A stretch of DNA of 64,000 nt from an uncultured Acidobacteriaceae bacterium (lineage in GTDB: Bacteria > Acidobacteriota > Terriglobia > Terriglobales > Acidobacteriaceae): contig CAWGDB010000007.1 in assembly GCA_963821295.1 (NCBI GenBank), positions 254,557-318,556 of the forward strand. The letters are read 5' to 3'. The translations under genes were made by a program, and so were the position numbers. Of this stretch, positions 1 to 9,334 are shown in pieces (the first letter of the stretch is position 1; each line of letters opens with the position of its first letter). The notes below the pieces were generated by a model. That model was not told where the DNA came from. It worked only from the letters and a program-made list of their open reading frames with translations, and did no database searches.

Positions 1-476
1 AGCACAACCACGTCGCGTTTCTGAGTTTCATCCATGTCGTTGAGCCATCGCCCCAGGTTTACCGGCAAGAAACGGATTCCGTTATATTGCGGTTCCGCGC
101 CGACAAGTTGTCCGCTGGCGCTAGCGAATTCGCTGACCGCATGCACATCGTTGGTCGACAGGATGGGCGTGATAGCGCGGATGTGGGGAGATTCCCTGCG
201 GGCGTCGAGATAATCCCGGTAGGTAATCCGATAGGTGCGCGCGGAGTTGATGCTGCCTTTCACCACCGGGGCACGTCCGGGAAAAATCATCATCAGGTTT
301 TCGCCAAACTCGGAGATATCGCGCTTGTTGCCGGCGCGGAAGCCTTCGCCCAGTCCTACCAGAAGAAGCAGGGAACCAACTCCCCAGGCGATCCCGAACA
401 TGGTGAGGAACGAACGCAGTTTGTGCGCCCAGAGGGTGCGAAAGATCTGCGCGAAAACATCGATGACCATCTGCAT
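1..476 (-). CDS. ABC transporter permease, MacB/FtsX family (N-terminal part; gene runs off the left edge)
   Basis: Hand translation of the minus strand from the ATG at 476..474 gives MQMVIDVFAQIFRTLWAHKLRSFLTMFGIAWGVGSLLLLVGLGEGF... This is the KLRSxLTxxGIxxGV first-TM signature of MacB-type permeases, followed by a periplasmic domain. The frame stays open to position 1. It is absent from the ORF track because it has no stop in the window. Confidence 0.6.
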   Translation of the reverse strand, partial: MQMVIDVFAQIFRTLWAHKLRSFLTMFGIAWGVGSLLLLVGLGEGFRAGNKRDISEFGENLMMIFPGRAPVVKGSINSARTYRITYRDYLDARRESPHIRAITPILSTNDVHAVSEFASASGQLVGAEPQYNGIRFLPVNLGRWLNDMDETQKRDVVV

Positions 477-627
477 GGAATTTCGGCAGCTTACTGGTTG
501 CGATTGTAGCGAAGGTCTTGCGCGCTGTCAGTTCGAGATCCAGGCTGGCGAAATGCCAGTTTGTCGCTTATCCGCGGAGCCGAGCCCTGGCCAAAGTCAT
601 CCAATTGCGTCAGGGGGTGGCGCAAAG

Positions 628-960
628 ATGCATCACGTACGGCACGAGAATCTGCCTTTTGTCGGTAGTTCGCATGAGTTTATCGGAGCCGAACAGGGTA
701 ACACCGCTGTTTCGGTGTTTCTGTTCAATGGAAAACCCGGATCAGGGCCGGGTCCGCACCGGCATCCTTACGACGAGATCCAGTTCATCCGTGAAGGTCG
801 GGGAGTGTGGACGGTAAGCGGCCAGACCTTCGAGGGCGGCGCAGGAGATATCTTTATCATCAAAGCTGGCGAGATCCACAGCTTTAAGGCGGTTGGTGAT
901 TCGCCACTCGTGCAACTCGACATTCACCTCAGCCCACGCTTTATCCAGGAAAACCTTTAG
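628..960 (+). CDS. cupin domain protein
   Basis: C-terminal part of ORF 235..960. The internal ATG at 628 starts MHHVRHENL... Both cupin motifs are present: GPGPHRHPYDEIQFIREG and GDIFIIKAGEIHSF. The upstream part of the ORF overlaps the minus-strand permease and is probably not translated. Confidence 0.6.
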   Translation: MHHVRHENLPFVGSSHEFIGAEQGNTAVSVFLFNGKPGSGPGPHRHPYDEIQFIREGRGVWTVSGQTFEGGAGDIFIIKAGEIHSFKAVGDSPLVQLDIHLSPRFIQENL

Positions 961-1145
961 AAAAGTTGCCGGGGAAGATCGCGAATCTGGGCCATCGAAT
1001 TGAGTCATCGAATCATTGAGGCATTCAAAACCAATGAACTCAATACCTCAATACGTCAGCGTAGGGAACGCAACAAGCTTGGCCGCACGCAGATTCAAGC
1101 CGTGCGACGACCCGTATTGGGGAACTGCCGCTGTTCACTCTATGG

Positions 1146-2423
1146 TTAGCAGGCGAGTTGGTCCCGGGTCAGCCTGAGGCCCGTCAGATTACCCAGGATG
1201 GTGACGGCAATCTGTTCGGTGCGGAAGAACTCCTCGGCGGTTTGGCGCAGGTCTTCCGCGGTTACGGCTTCGATGCGGTCGATCAGCTCGTCGAGTCCGT
1301 AGAAGCGGTCATAGTACATTTCCTGGCGCGCGAGGTTCGACATGCGGGCCATGGAAGATTCGAGCGAGAGCATCAGGCTGCCTTTAAGTTGGTCTTTCGA
1401 GCGGCGCAGCTCTTCTTCGGGCACGGGCGTCGATTTCAGGTCACGGAATTCGGCGACCACGCACTCCACCACCTTGACGGCGGACTCTCGCGAGGTGCCG
1501 GCGTACACGCACATGGAGCCGGTATCGCGATAGGGATTCAGATCGCTGTAAATCGAGTAAGCCAGCCCCTGGCGCTCGCGGATGTTCTGGAACAGGCGCG
1601 AACTCATGCCTCCGCCAAGCAATGTGTTCAGGATGTAGGAGGCGTAGCGGCGCTCGTGCGCGATCGGATGGGACGGAACTCCGATGCAGATTTGGACCTG
1701 CTCCAGCGATTTCTTGTTGCGCAGGTTGATGCGGAACGAGGTTTTCGGCGCGGGTGAGTGCAGGCCGTTCTTAGCCGGTTTCACTCGTTCGAAATGCTTT
1801 GCGACCAGGTCGACAAAGTTCTGGTGGTTGAGGTTGCCGGCGGCGCAGACCACCAGATTGCCGGGGGCAAAGTGGTGTCCATAAAAATGTGAGACTACCG
1901 GGCGTTCGAATTTCCTGACGGTGTCGCGCGTGCCGAGAATCGGGAGGCCGAGCGCATGGTCCTTCCAGAAGCTCTGTGTAAAGATTTCGTGGACCAGATA
2001 GTCGGGATTGTCCTGATCCATTTTGATTTCTTCGAGGATTACGCCGCGCTCTTTCGCGATGTCTCCGGCATCGAAGACCGGGTGCAGGACGAGATCGCTG
2101 AGAACGTCCATGGCCAGCGGGAGGTGCTCGTCGAGAACCTTGATGTTGAAACAGATGCATTCCTTGGCGGTGAAGGCATCCATGTTGCCGCCGATCGAAT
2201 CAACCTGGCGGGCGATGGCTTCGGCGGAGCGGGTTTCGGTGCCCTTGAACACCATGTGCTCAATGAAGTGGGAGATGCCGTTCCATTCGGAATCCTCGTC
2301 GCGCGAGCCGGTCTTCAGCCAGATACCAACTGACACCGAGCGGATGTGCGACATCTGCTCGGTGATGACGGTCAGGCCGTTCGGCAGAACGTGACGGTGA
2401 ATGTTACGGGTTTCTTTTACCAT
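1146..2423 (-). CDS. M16 family zinc peptidase (insulinase/pitrilysin-like)
   Basis: 425-aa ORF with the inverted zinc motif HFIEHMVFKGT (HxxEH) near the N-terminus. Length is typical of the M16B family. Confidence 0.9.
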   Translation of the reverse strand: MVKETRNIHRHVLPNGLTVITEQMSHIRSVSVGIWLKTGSRDEDSEWNGISHFIEHMVFKGTETRSAEAIARQVDSIGGNMDAFTAKECICFNIKVLDEHLPLAMDVLSDLVLHPVFDAGDIAKERGVILEEIKMDQDNPDYLVHEIFTQSFWKDHALGLPILGTRDTVRKFERPVVSHFYGHHFAPGNLVVCAAGNLNHQNFVDLVAKHFERVKPAKNGLHSPAPKTSFRINLRNKKSLEQVQICIGVPSHPIAHERRYASYILNTLLGGGMSSRLFQNIRERQGLAYSIYSDLNPYRDTGSMCVYAGTSRESAVKVVECVVAEFRDLKSTPVPEEELRRSKDQLKGSLMLSLESSMARMSNLARQEMYYDRFYGLDELIDRIEAVTAEDLRQTAEEFFRTEQIAVTILGNLTGLRLTRDQLAC

Positions 2424-2589
2424 TCAGTTCGTTTTCCTGTTGTTCAGGTTTAAATGTTTAAAGGCAGGTCGCTTCCTATATTTTCCCACAAACTGCGATC
2501 GGGGGTGACCGATTGCAGTTTAGTATTTATTTTCTTACACTTACGGGCAATTGTCCGCCTTGCGAACCGGAATTACACTAAAACAGACC

Positions 2590-3747
2590 ATGCCGACTCA
2601 TGCTTCGAATTCGCTACTGGGCCTGAATCTTGAAGAACTCACGAACCTGGCGCTGGAGTCGGGTGAGCCAGCCTATCGAGGGCAACAACTATTTGATGCG
2701 ATATATCGGCAAAGGATGGAGCGCCTGGATCAGGTTTCGACCCTGCCATTGGAGTATCGCGCCGGACTGGCGGCGCAAGGGTGGAGGGTCGGCAACGTCT
2801 CGATTGACCGCAAGTTCGTTTCGAGCGATGGGACCGTGCGCTACCTGATTGGGCTGGCCGACGGCGAAACGGTGGAGACGGTCTGGATGCCGGAAGGCGA
2901 TGGCGGAGAGAGCGGCGATGGGAGCGAAGCGGGCGACGAGGAGGGCGGGTCAGATAACGGAGGCGCGAAGGTTACGCCCTGGCGGCGGACCACGATTTGC
3001 GTGTCAAGCCAGGTGGGTTGCGCGGTGAATTGCAAGTTCTGCTTTACGGCGCTGCTGGGAGTGAAGCGAAATCTCGAGGCGGGAGAAATCGTGGGTCAGA
3101 TCGTGGCCGTGCTGCGCGATCAGGGAGTGGCTCCGCCGCTGCAACGGGTCAACATCGTTTTCATGGGGATGGGCGAGCCTTTTCTGAACTACGAGAACTT
3201 CATGAAGTCGGTGCGGCTGTTGGCGGAAGGAGTGGGGATTCCGGAGTCGCGAATGACGGTTTCGACGGCCGGCATCGTGCCGCGGATCTATGACTTTGGG
3301 CGCGAAACATTGCGTCCGAAGCTGGCCATTTCGTTGAATGCGTCGAATGATGCGTTGCGCAGCGAAGTCATGCCGCTGAACCGGAAGTGGAATCTCGCGG
3401 AACTCATGAAGGCCGCGCGGGAGTTTCCGCTGCGCGCGCGGGAGCGGCTCACGTTTGAGTATGTGCTGCTCGCGGGAGTGAACGACGCCGCCGAACAGGC
3501 TCGCGAAGTGGTGGAGTTAGTGCGCGGCATGCGGGCGAAGGTGAATCTGATCGCGCTGAACCCGGGATCGGAGTTGCCCTATCGGACGCCCGAGCAGGAG
3601 CGCGTGCTGGCGTTTCAGGGGATTCTGGTGGCGGCGGGGATTCCTGCGTTTGTGCGGCGGCCGCGGGGTCGAGATATTTTTGCCGCATGCGGGCAGCTGA
3701 AGAGGGAGGGTCTCAAGGCTTCAGAGATTTCAAAGCTTCAAGGTTAA
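2590..3747 (+). CDS. rlmN: 23S rRNA/tRNA adenine-C2 methyltransferase RlmN (radical SAM)
   Basis: N-terminal GEPAYRGQQLFDAIY, radical-SAM cluster motif SSQVGCAVNCKFCFT, and C-terminal IFAACGQL. The ATG at 2590 is preferred over the TTG at 2551. Confidence 0.9.
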   Translation: MPTHASNSLLGLNLEELTNLALESGEPAYRGQQLFDAIYRQRMERLDQVSTLPLEYRAGLAAQGWRVGNVSIDRKFVSSDGTVRYLIGLADGETVETVWMPEGDGGESGDGSEAGDEEGGSDNGGAKVTPWRRTTICVSSQVGCAVNCKFCFTALLGVKRNLEAGEIVGQIVAVLRDQGVAPPLQRVNIVFMGMGEPFLNYENFMKSVRLLAEGVGIPESRMTVSTAGIVPRIYDFGRETLRPKLAISLNASNDALRSEVMPLNRKWNLAELMKAAREFPLRARERLTFEYVLLAGVNDAAEQAREVVELVRGMRAKVNLIALNPGSELPYRTPEQERVLAFQGILVAAGIPAFVRRPRGRDIFAACGQLKREGLKASEISKLQG

Positions 3748-4115
3748 CTCGCGGCACCGGCCTTTTCCTTGAAACTCTGAAGCCTTGAAACTTGAGAACC
3801 TTTCTTGCGATGCGTCCCGGACCTGGAATGTATGGTGAGAGTTGTCTTCATCCTCAGCCGATCCGAGTAGGTCAGCAGCTTCTCCACGCTCACTTTGGCT
3901 ATCTTTCCTCGCGTCAGGTTGCTGACCGAAGGCTGATATTCGTCGAGAATCTCGGCGAGTTGGCTCTGCGTGTAACCCTGCTTCTCGATTTCCCGGAGAA
4001 TCGCATCGAGCAGCGTCGCCTTTACCTTCAACGCCGATGCTTCAGAGCGAGACAATCCTAGATCGTCGAAGACATCCCCCTTGGTGATGTGGTTTGGCCG
4101 GTTGTGGGACTTCAC
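3744..4115 (-). CDS. XRE-family helix-turn-helix protein (HigA-like antitoxin-type regulator), orphan
   Basis: ITKGDVFDDLGL N-terminus followed by the HTH segment YTQSQLAEILDEYQPSVSNLTRGK. Its stop shares the TTAA at 3744..3747 with the convergent rlmN stop. Confidence 0.75.
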   Translation of the reverse strand: MKSHNRPNHITKGDVFDDLGLSRSEASALKVKATLLDAILREIEKQGYTQSQLAEILDEYQPSVSNLTRGKIAKVSVEKLLTYSDRLRMKTTLTIHSRSGTHRKKGSQVSRLQSFKEKAGAAS

Positions 4116-4264
4116 CTGTTTTTCTCCTTCGAATCTCCCTCCCAGTGAATCTCTGCCAGCGCGCCTTGTCTGCGGGCCTCCTTCACGATGGTTTTATATT
4201 ATACAATATTTGCTATAGATCCCGACAAGGAAGGTTCAAGAGCTTGAGGCCGTCGCAACCCTGC

Positions 4265-6016
4265 TCAATAACCGCTGTGAGCGGCGGCCCTTTCGGGCTG
4301 TGACAGGGGGGATTTCACCGCAATGGGCAGTTCCAGCTGGAAAGCGAGGAGGCTCATGGCGGACGGCCGCGATAGCCGGCCGCCGTGTTCTTCGACAATT
4401 CGACAACAAGCGCTGAGCGAAAGCGTGGAGGGTTTGTCGATCCCTTCGGAGGTCAGGCGGGTATCGCACAAAGGGGGCACGAAGGGAGTGCCCTCGTAGA
4501 AATCGATCACGACCGAGCTTCGGTTCTGGCGTGTGCGAACACATAGTTGAGAATCCAGTTCAGAACTAAGGTGGCCACCGATCTGTCCGGCAAGATGCAG
4601 ACAAACGTGCAGAAGCTGGTTGGAGTCCGCGAGCACCGGCGGCAGTGAAGGCGCCAGTTCGAGGCGCATGGCGATAGATCGCTCCTCGAGTTGGAGCGCA
4701 ACCAGGCGCATGGCGGTCTGTACCACGGAATTGGCGTCAACCGCTGCGAGTTTTGCGGGGGCTTGGCGGGCGAATGTCAGCAAGCTGGCCACCAGTGTTT
4801 TCGTGCGCCGAACCTGCTCGCTGATGTTCGTGGCCTGCCGCTTTTCCAGAGCGGGCATTTCGGACGCGCTGAGCAAGTCGGAATATCCCAGCATGGCAGT
4901 GAGCGGATTGTTGATCTCGTGCGCCGCTCCACCCACCAACTGGCCGAGTGAGGCGAGTTTTTCGGATTGAATGAGTTGCTGCTGCAAGGCTTTCAGATCG
5001 TCGAACGAGCGGTTGGACTTATCCAGGAAATAAGCGAGTTCGCCGCCGAGCAGGCGCTGGCGCCAGAAGACCATGACACCCATAACTGCCGTCGCCAGCA
5101 AGCTTACGATGATGCGGAAGGTTCTGACCGAGCCCGGCACGGTCGAATCCAGTTCGGAATGGAGCGCCGCCCAGGGCAGAGTGAACAAGGCGAGCATGCT
5201 CACGCGCGTGATCCAGATTCCGAGCATCGGTTTCGAGGGTTTGTCACCCGATAAATCGTAGTGCGCGGCGAATAAGGGAGTCGCTGCCATCCAGGCGATC
5301 GAAACCGTCAATGGGATGTCATAGACGCTGCCGCTGTAGTACGTCTTGCGGCCGATCGCCCAATTGGCGACGTAGGAACTGGAGGCATAGAGGGCGCTGG
5401 CCCCGAGGAGTTGTCCGTAAAGGTGCCGCCATCCGCCCTTCCCCGAATAGGCGAGCACGATCAGGGAGGCGAGAAGAACTATCTTTTCCGTCAGATACGC
5501 AAAGTTGAAATTGGCGCTGTAGGTTGCTTCGTCGATCGACACGGTCTGCCACGGGATCACCAGGTAGACGTAAACGAACACCCACCATGTGAGCAGAAGA
5601 GTAAAGTCGAGCATGCGGCTGCGTTCGTTGTGGTCATCTTCCTTCAAATGCGGAAGCACGGCGAGAGCGGCGATCATGGGCACCAGATGCAGGAACAGAA
5701 CGATGTCTCCCAGGAACGGATCGGGCACATCCTGGCGCCGGATGACTTCGAAGTAATTCCACATTCCCTGGTAGGTGAGCCAGAAGATCATGCCCGCGCT
5801 CATGAGGATCCAGAAGAGCCGGGTGTGAAAAGCGGTGGAACGGGAGCGGGCAATGTTAGGCAGGTAGGCCGCCGTCGCTACCAACAGCAGCAGACCCTGG
5901 ATCAGGTCACTGGTAATCGTCAGAGCCGGGCCTCGCCGCATGAACAGAGAAGCTGCTACCTGGGCCAGCGGCAGCGCGATCAGCCATAAGGCCCAGATGT
6001 TATTGCGTTTTACCAA
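4265..6016 (-). CDS. membrane sensor histidine kinase with degenerate ATPase domain
   Basis: About 8 predicted TM helices in the N-terminal 300 aa. HisKA H-box GGAAHEINNPLTAMLGYSDLL is present. The C-terminal region keeps a HATPase-like length but lacks clear N, G1 and G2 boxes. Confidence 0.8.
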   Translation of the reverse strand: MVKRNNIWALWLIALPLAQVAASLFMRRGPALTITSDLIQGLLLLVATAAYLPNIARSRSTAFHTRLFWILMSAGMIFWLTYQGMWNYFEVIRRQDVPDPFLGDIVLFLHLVPMIAALAVLPHLKEDDHNERSRMLDFTLLLTWWVFVYVYLVIPWQTVSIDEATYSANFNFAYLTEKIVLLASLIVLAYSGKGGWRHLYGQLLGASALYASSSYVANWAIGRKTYYSGSVYDIPLTVSIAWMAATPLFAAHYDLSGDKPSKPMLGIWITRVSMLALFTLPWAALHSELDSTVPGSVRTFRIIVSLLATAVMGVMVFWRQRLLGGELAYFLDKSNRSFDDLKALQQQLIQSEKLASLGQLVGGAAHEINNPLTAMLGYSDLLSASEMPALEKRQATNISEQVRRTKTLVASLLTFARQAPAKLAAVDANSVVQTAMRLVALQLEERSIAMRLELAPSLPPVLADSNQLLHVCLHLAGQIGGHLSSELDSQLCVRTRQNRSSVVIDFYEGTPFVPPLCDTRLTSEGIDKPSTLSLSACCRIVEEHGGRLSRPSAMSLLAFQLELPIAVKSPLSQPERAAAHSGY

Positions 6017-6275
6017 GCGGACGACTCCCGCTCCATTCTAGGGCGGCAAGCGGGAGGGTGCAGATTACCGAAGTCATGTGTCAATCCGCGGAGAATTCCA
6101 TTAGGGTCGGGCCGGGGCGGTTTTGCGAAGGCTGTAATTTTCGCCGTCGATTGCGCGGCGGAAACAAGCTCACTCGCGTAAGATGGAGTTCTTCGAAATA
6201 AGCATTGGAGTGGCCGGCTAACTTTGCTGACTAACTTCTTTAACTAACGACGAGTTTAACCAACGACGAGAGACC

Positions 6276-8099
6276 GTGTCCTGGACTATCCCTCGAAACC
6301 GTGATTTATGGCGCTTCCGCGCGCCCCTGAGCGCGGACGAGATTCGGCGCACCGAGCGCTGGCTGGCGACGGCTCGGGTCGCATTGACCATTGCCGCGCT
6401 CGTCACTATGGTGATGGAGCCTGTTCGCGGCTTTGCCTATTCACGCGGCCTGTTCTGGCTTTTGACCGTCTATCTGGCGCACGCCGTAGTGGTGCTGCTG
6501 CTGGTGCGGGTGCGTCCCGAGTCCACGCGGGCTTTTCGCCTGGTGGTGCACGGGGCTGACATCGTGTGGCCGGTGCTGATTGCGATGTTTGCGCCGGCAC
6601 AGCGCGGACAGTTCTTTCTGTTTTTCGTTTTCGTGATGGCCGAGGCGGCCTATCGCTGGGGCTTGTGGGAGACGGTTGGCACGGCGGGGGCGGCGGTGGC
6701 GCTTTTATGGATCGAGTCGCTCGCGATGCGAGGCGGACTCGAATCGGCGGCCGACCATTGGCTGGCGCTCGTTCACCTTCCGCCGCTTGGCATCAGCGTG
6801 CAGGAATTAAATCCGCAACAGCTGGTGATGAGTTCTGTCTACCTGCTGGTGCTGGGCTTCCTGCTCGGCTACATGGCAGAGAACCAGAAGAAGATCAGAG
6901 CAGAGCGCGCGGTGATCACGCGCGTTCTCAGTTCTACCCGGGTTGAAGAGGGGCTGACGGGAACGATGCAGCACATACTCGGGGAGGTGATGAGCATCTA
7001 CGGCGCCCGGCGAGTGATGAGCGCCTCGCAGGAGGCGCACAGCTATCGGGTATTTTTGGCCGAGATCAATCATGCCGCGGACGGGACGCAGCCGCTGCGC
7101 TGGCGCGAGGCTGCGCCTGAAAACGCGGCCGCATATCTGTTCGATTCCCCGGCCGAGGCGATATACGCCGCGCGGACTCCCGGCGGTTTTCAAACGGTAT
7201 TACTGGATCGCAGCGGAAACCGGCTGCGTGATGTCAATCAAAAGTTCCTCGATGCGGTGGCTCAAGTGGAACCCTTTGAGGCACTGGCTTCCGTAGCCCT
7301 TGCGTTCGGGGAAGAATGGTCAGGCCGCGTGTTTCTTTTCGATCCGCAACTGATGGGTGCGCCCGAAGAGGAACTGCGCTTTCTGCAGGAATTCGCGCAG
7401 CAGGTTGGGCCGGCGATCTATAACGTCTACCTGGTGCGGCGTTTGCGGGAGCGCGCGGGTGCCGTGGAGCGGGCGCGCTTTGCCCGCGAGCTGCATGACG
7501 GCGCCATTCAATCGCTGATTGCCGTGGAAATGCAAGTCGACGTTCTGCGACGTCAGTCGGGAACCCAGGCTCCGGTTGTGAATGCGGAATTGGGAAGGAT
7601 CCAGAAGCTGCTTCGCGAAGAAGTGCTAAAGTTGCGTGAATTGATGCAGGAGATGAAGTCTTTCGAGGTGAACGCCGACCGGCTTCTGGGATTTATCACC
7701 GATATGGTGGAGCGGTTCCGGCGCGAGACTGGCGTTTCCGCGCAATTTGTCAGCGAACTGGAGCGCGTCGATCTGCCGCAGAAGGTGTGCCGGGAACTGG
7801 CTCGTATTGTGCAGGAGAGCCTGGTGAATGTGCGCAAGCACAGCGGCGCGCGCAACGTGCTGGTGCGCCTGGGGCAGAGAGCGGATAAATTGCAGTTGAC
7901 GGTTGAGGACGATGGGCGCGGGTTCCCGTTTTCGGGAACCATGTCGCAAACGCAACTGGACACATCTGGAAAGGGACCGGCGGTAATCCGGGAACGGGTT
8001 CGCTTGCTTGCAGGCGAACTCACGATAGAATCGAATCCGGGACACGGTGCTCGGCTGGAGATTCGCATTCCGCCGGCAAGAAAGAGCAATCATGGATAA
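6276..8099 (+). CDS. sensor histidine kinase, HisKA_3 (NarX/LiaS) type
   Basis: GTG start. N-terminal TM helices. H-box ARELHDGAIQSL (HisKA_3). HATPase motifs VNVRKHSGA, EDDGRGFP and GHGARLEIRIP. Confidence 0.85.
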   Translation: MSWTIPRNRDLWRFRAPLSADEIRRTERWLATARVALTIAALVTMVMEPVRGFAYSRGLFWLLTVYLAHAVVVLLLVRVRPESTRAFRLVVHGADIVWPVLIAMFAPAQRGQFFLFFVFVMAEAAYRWGLWETVGTAGAAVALLWIESLAMRGGLESAADHWLALVHLPPLGISVQELNPQQLVMSSVYLLVLGFLLGYMAENQKKIRAERAVITRVLSSTRVEEGLTGTMQHILGEVMSIYGARRVMSASQEAHSYRVFLAEINHAADGTQPLRWREAAPENAAAYLFDSPAEAIYAARTPGGFQTVLLDRSGNRLRDVNQKFLDAVAQVEPFEALASVALAFGEEWSGRVFLFDPQLMGAPEEELRFLQEFAQQVGPAIYNVYLVRRLRERAGAVERARFARELHDGAIQSLIAVEMQVDVLRRQSGTQAPVVNAELGRIQKLLREEVLKLRELMQEMKSFEVNADRLLGFITDMVERFRRETGVSAQFVSELERVDLPQKVCRELARIVQESLVNVRKHSGARNVLVRLGQRADKLQLTVEDDGRGFPFSGTMSQTQLDTSGKGPAVIRERVRLLAGELTIESNPGHGARLEIRIPPARKSNHG

Positions 8100-8784
8100 A
8101 CGTGCGAGCTCCATTCGGATCGTGATCGCCGACGACCATCCCATCTTCCGCGATGGGCTGCGCCGCCTGCTCGAATCGGAAGACGATATGAAGGTGGTGG
8201 GCGAAGCCTGTGACGGCCGCGAAGCCGTGAAGCTGGCCACCGAGATCAAACCCGACGTCCTTCTGCTGGATCTGGCCATGCCGCACCACACCGGCCTGGA
8301 CGCGCTCCGCGATCTGAGCGCGCGCAGCGGAACCTCGGCGGCGGTGGTGCGCATCATCCTGCTTACTGCGGCAGTCGAAAAGAAACAAATCGTCGAAGCC
8401 TTGCAGTTGGGAGCGCGCGGCGTGGTGCTGAAGGATTCCGCTACCCAACTTCTGCTCAAGGCCATTCATGCCGTGATGGGTGGCGAGTACTGGGTGGGGC
8501 GGGACTGCGTTTCCAACCTCGTCCAATATTTGCGGAACCTGATGCAGACTACGAACGAAGAAACGAAGCAGAAAAAATTCGGTCTGACGCCGCGCGAACT
8601 GGAGATCGTCTCGGCGGTAGTCGCGGGCTATGCCAACCGGGAAATTGCCGAGTACTTCAAGATCAGCGAGGATACCGTGAAGCACCACCTCAGCAATATT
8701 TTCGACAAACTGGGAGTTTCCACGCGTCTCGAACTGGCCCTGTTCGCGGTCAATCAGGGGCTGCCTCTGAAGACAATCGTGTAA
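8092..8784 (+). CDS. response regulator, NarL/FixJ (LuxR HTH) family
   Basis: Receiver domain IRIVIADDHPIF...VLLLDLAMP. LuxR-type HTH LTPRELEIVSAVVAGYANREIAEYFKISEDTVKHHLSNIFDKLGV. The ATG at 8092 overlaps the kinase stop (ATGGATAA). Confidence 0.9.
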   Translation: MDKRASSIRIVIADDHPIFRDGLRRLLESEDDMKVVGEACDGREAVKLATEIKPDVLLLDLAMPHHTGLDALRDLSARSGTSAAVVRIILLTAAVEKKQIVEALQLGARGVVLKDSATQLLLKAIHAVMGGEYWVGRDCVSNLVQYLRNLMQTTNEETKQKKFGLTPRELEIVSAVVAGYANREIAEYFKISEDTVKHHLSNIFDKLGVSTRLELALFAVNQGLPLKTIV

Positions 8785-9034
8785 ACGGCCATTGCATTTA
8801 TACGTGACGTACCGGCGAAAAGCCTCGGGTGTTGTTCCCGCGTAAGTCTGAAAGCCCCAATTTATGACCGGAGGTCCTCGGCATGGCACGAAAGTGCTAT
8901 AGGGGGTCACCCGAGTGCTATTGGGCGGAAGCCATTGTTAACGGTAGTTTAAGAGAACACGACGGCAAACAGTTGCTTGGAGTGCGCAGACTTTTGCGTG
9001 TCCGTCGGCCGGAGACGAGACTGTGATCAAGATA

Positions 9035-9193
9035 ATGCGTCAATTGTGGAGTGAGGAAAGCGGTCAGGACGTCGCCGAGTACGCCGTGATGCTAGCAGTA
9101 ATCCTCGTAATCGTTATTGGTACCGTGCGTCTGATCGGCACCAACGCAAACGCTGTGTTTTCGCAAGTCGGAAGCCAGTTGTTGCCGCAGTAG
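9035..9193 (+). CDS. flp: Flp/Fap family type IVb pilin (52 aa)
   Basis: Hand translation gives MRQLWSEESGQDVAEYAVMLAVILVIVIGTVRLIGTNANAVFSQVGSQLLPQ*. The prepilin cleavage/processing motif G/QDVAEY is followed by a hydrophobic helix. It is below the ORF-track length cutoff. Confidence 0.75.
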   Translation: MRQLWSEESGQDVAEYAVMLAVILVIVIGTVRLIGTNANAVFSQVGSQLLPQ

Positions 9194-9334
9194 CAGTTCA
9201 CCTTGCCAATTACGAAGTGCCGCGGTCTTCCCGTGGATTTTTCCCGAGCGAGTTCTCTGTTTTGAATTTGGCCTGAGTCCGATCTTTCCCCAGGAGTTTT
9301 GCGTTTTCGAGCGCCGGCAATTCCGAACTGCAAC

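Noticed and set aside
87-627. ORFs 87..509 (+) and the 5' part of 235..960 (+)
   Set aside because: Their translations are Arg/Gly/Ala-rich with no motifs. They lie exactly antisense to a convincing MacB-type permease reading frame on the minus strand, so they are shadow ORFs of a high-GC gene.
8884-8898. Sigma-54-like promoter TGGCACGAAAGTGCT about 140 nt upstream of the Flp pilin gene
   Set aside because: The GG and GC dinucleotides are separated by 9 nt rather than the obligatory 10. Sigma-54 tolerates spacing changes poorly, and no enhancer-binding protein gene is nearby.
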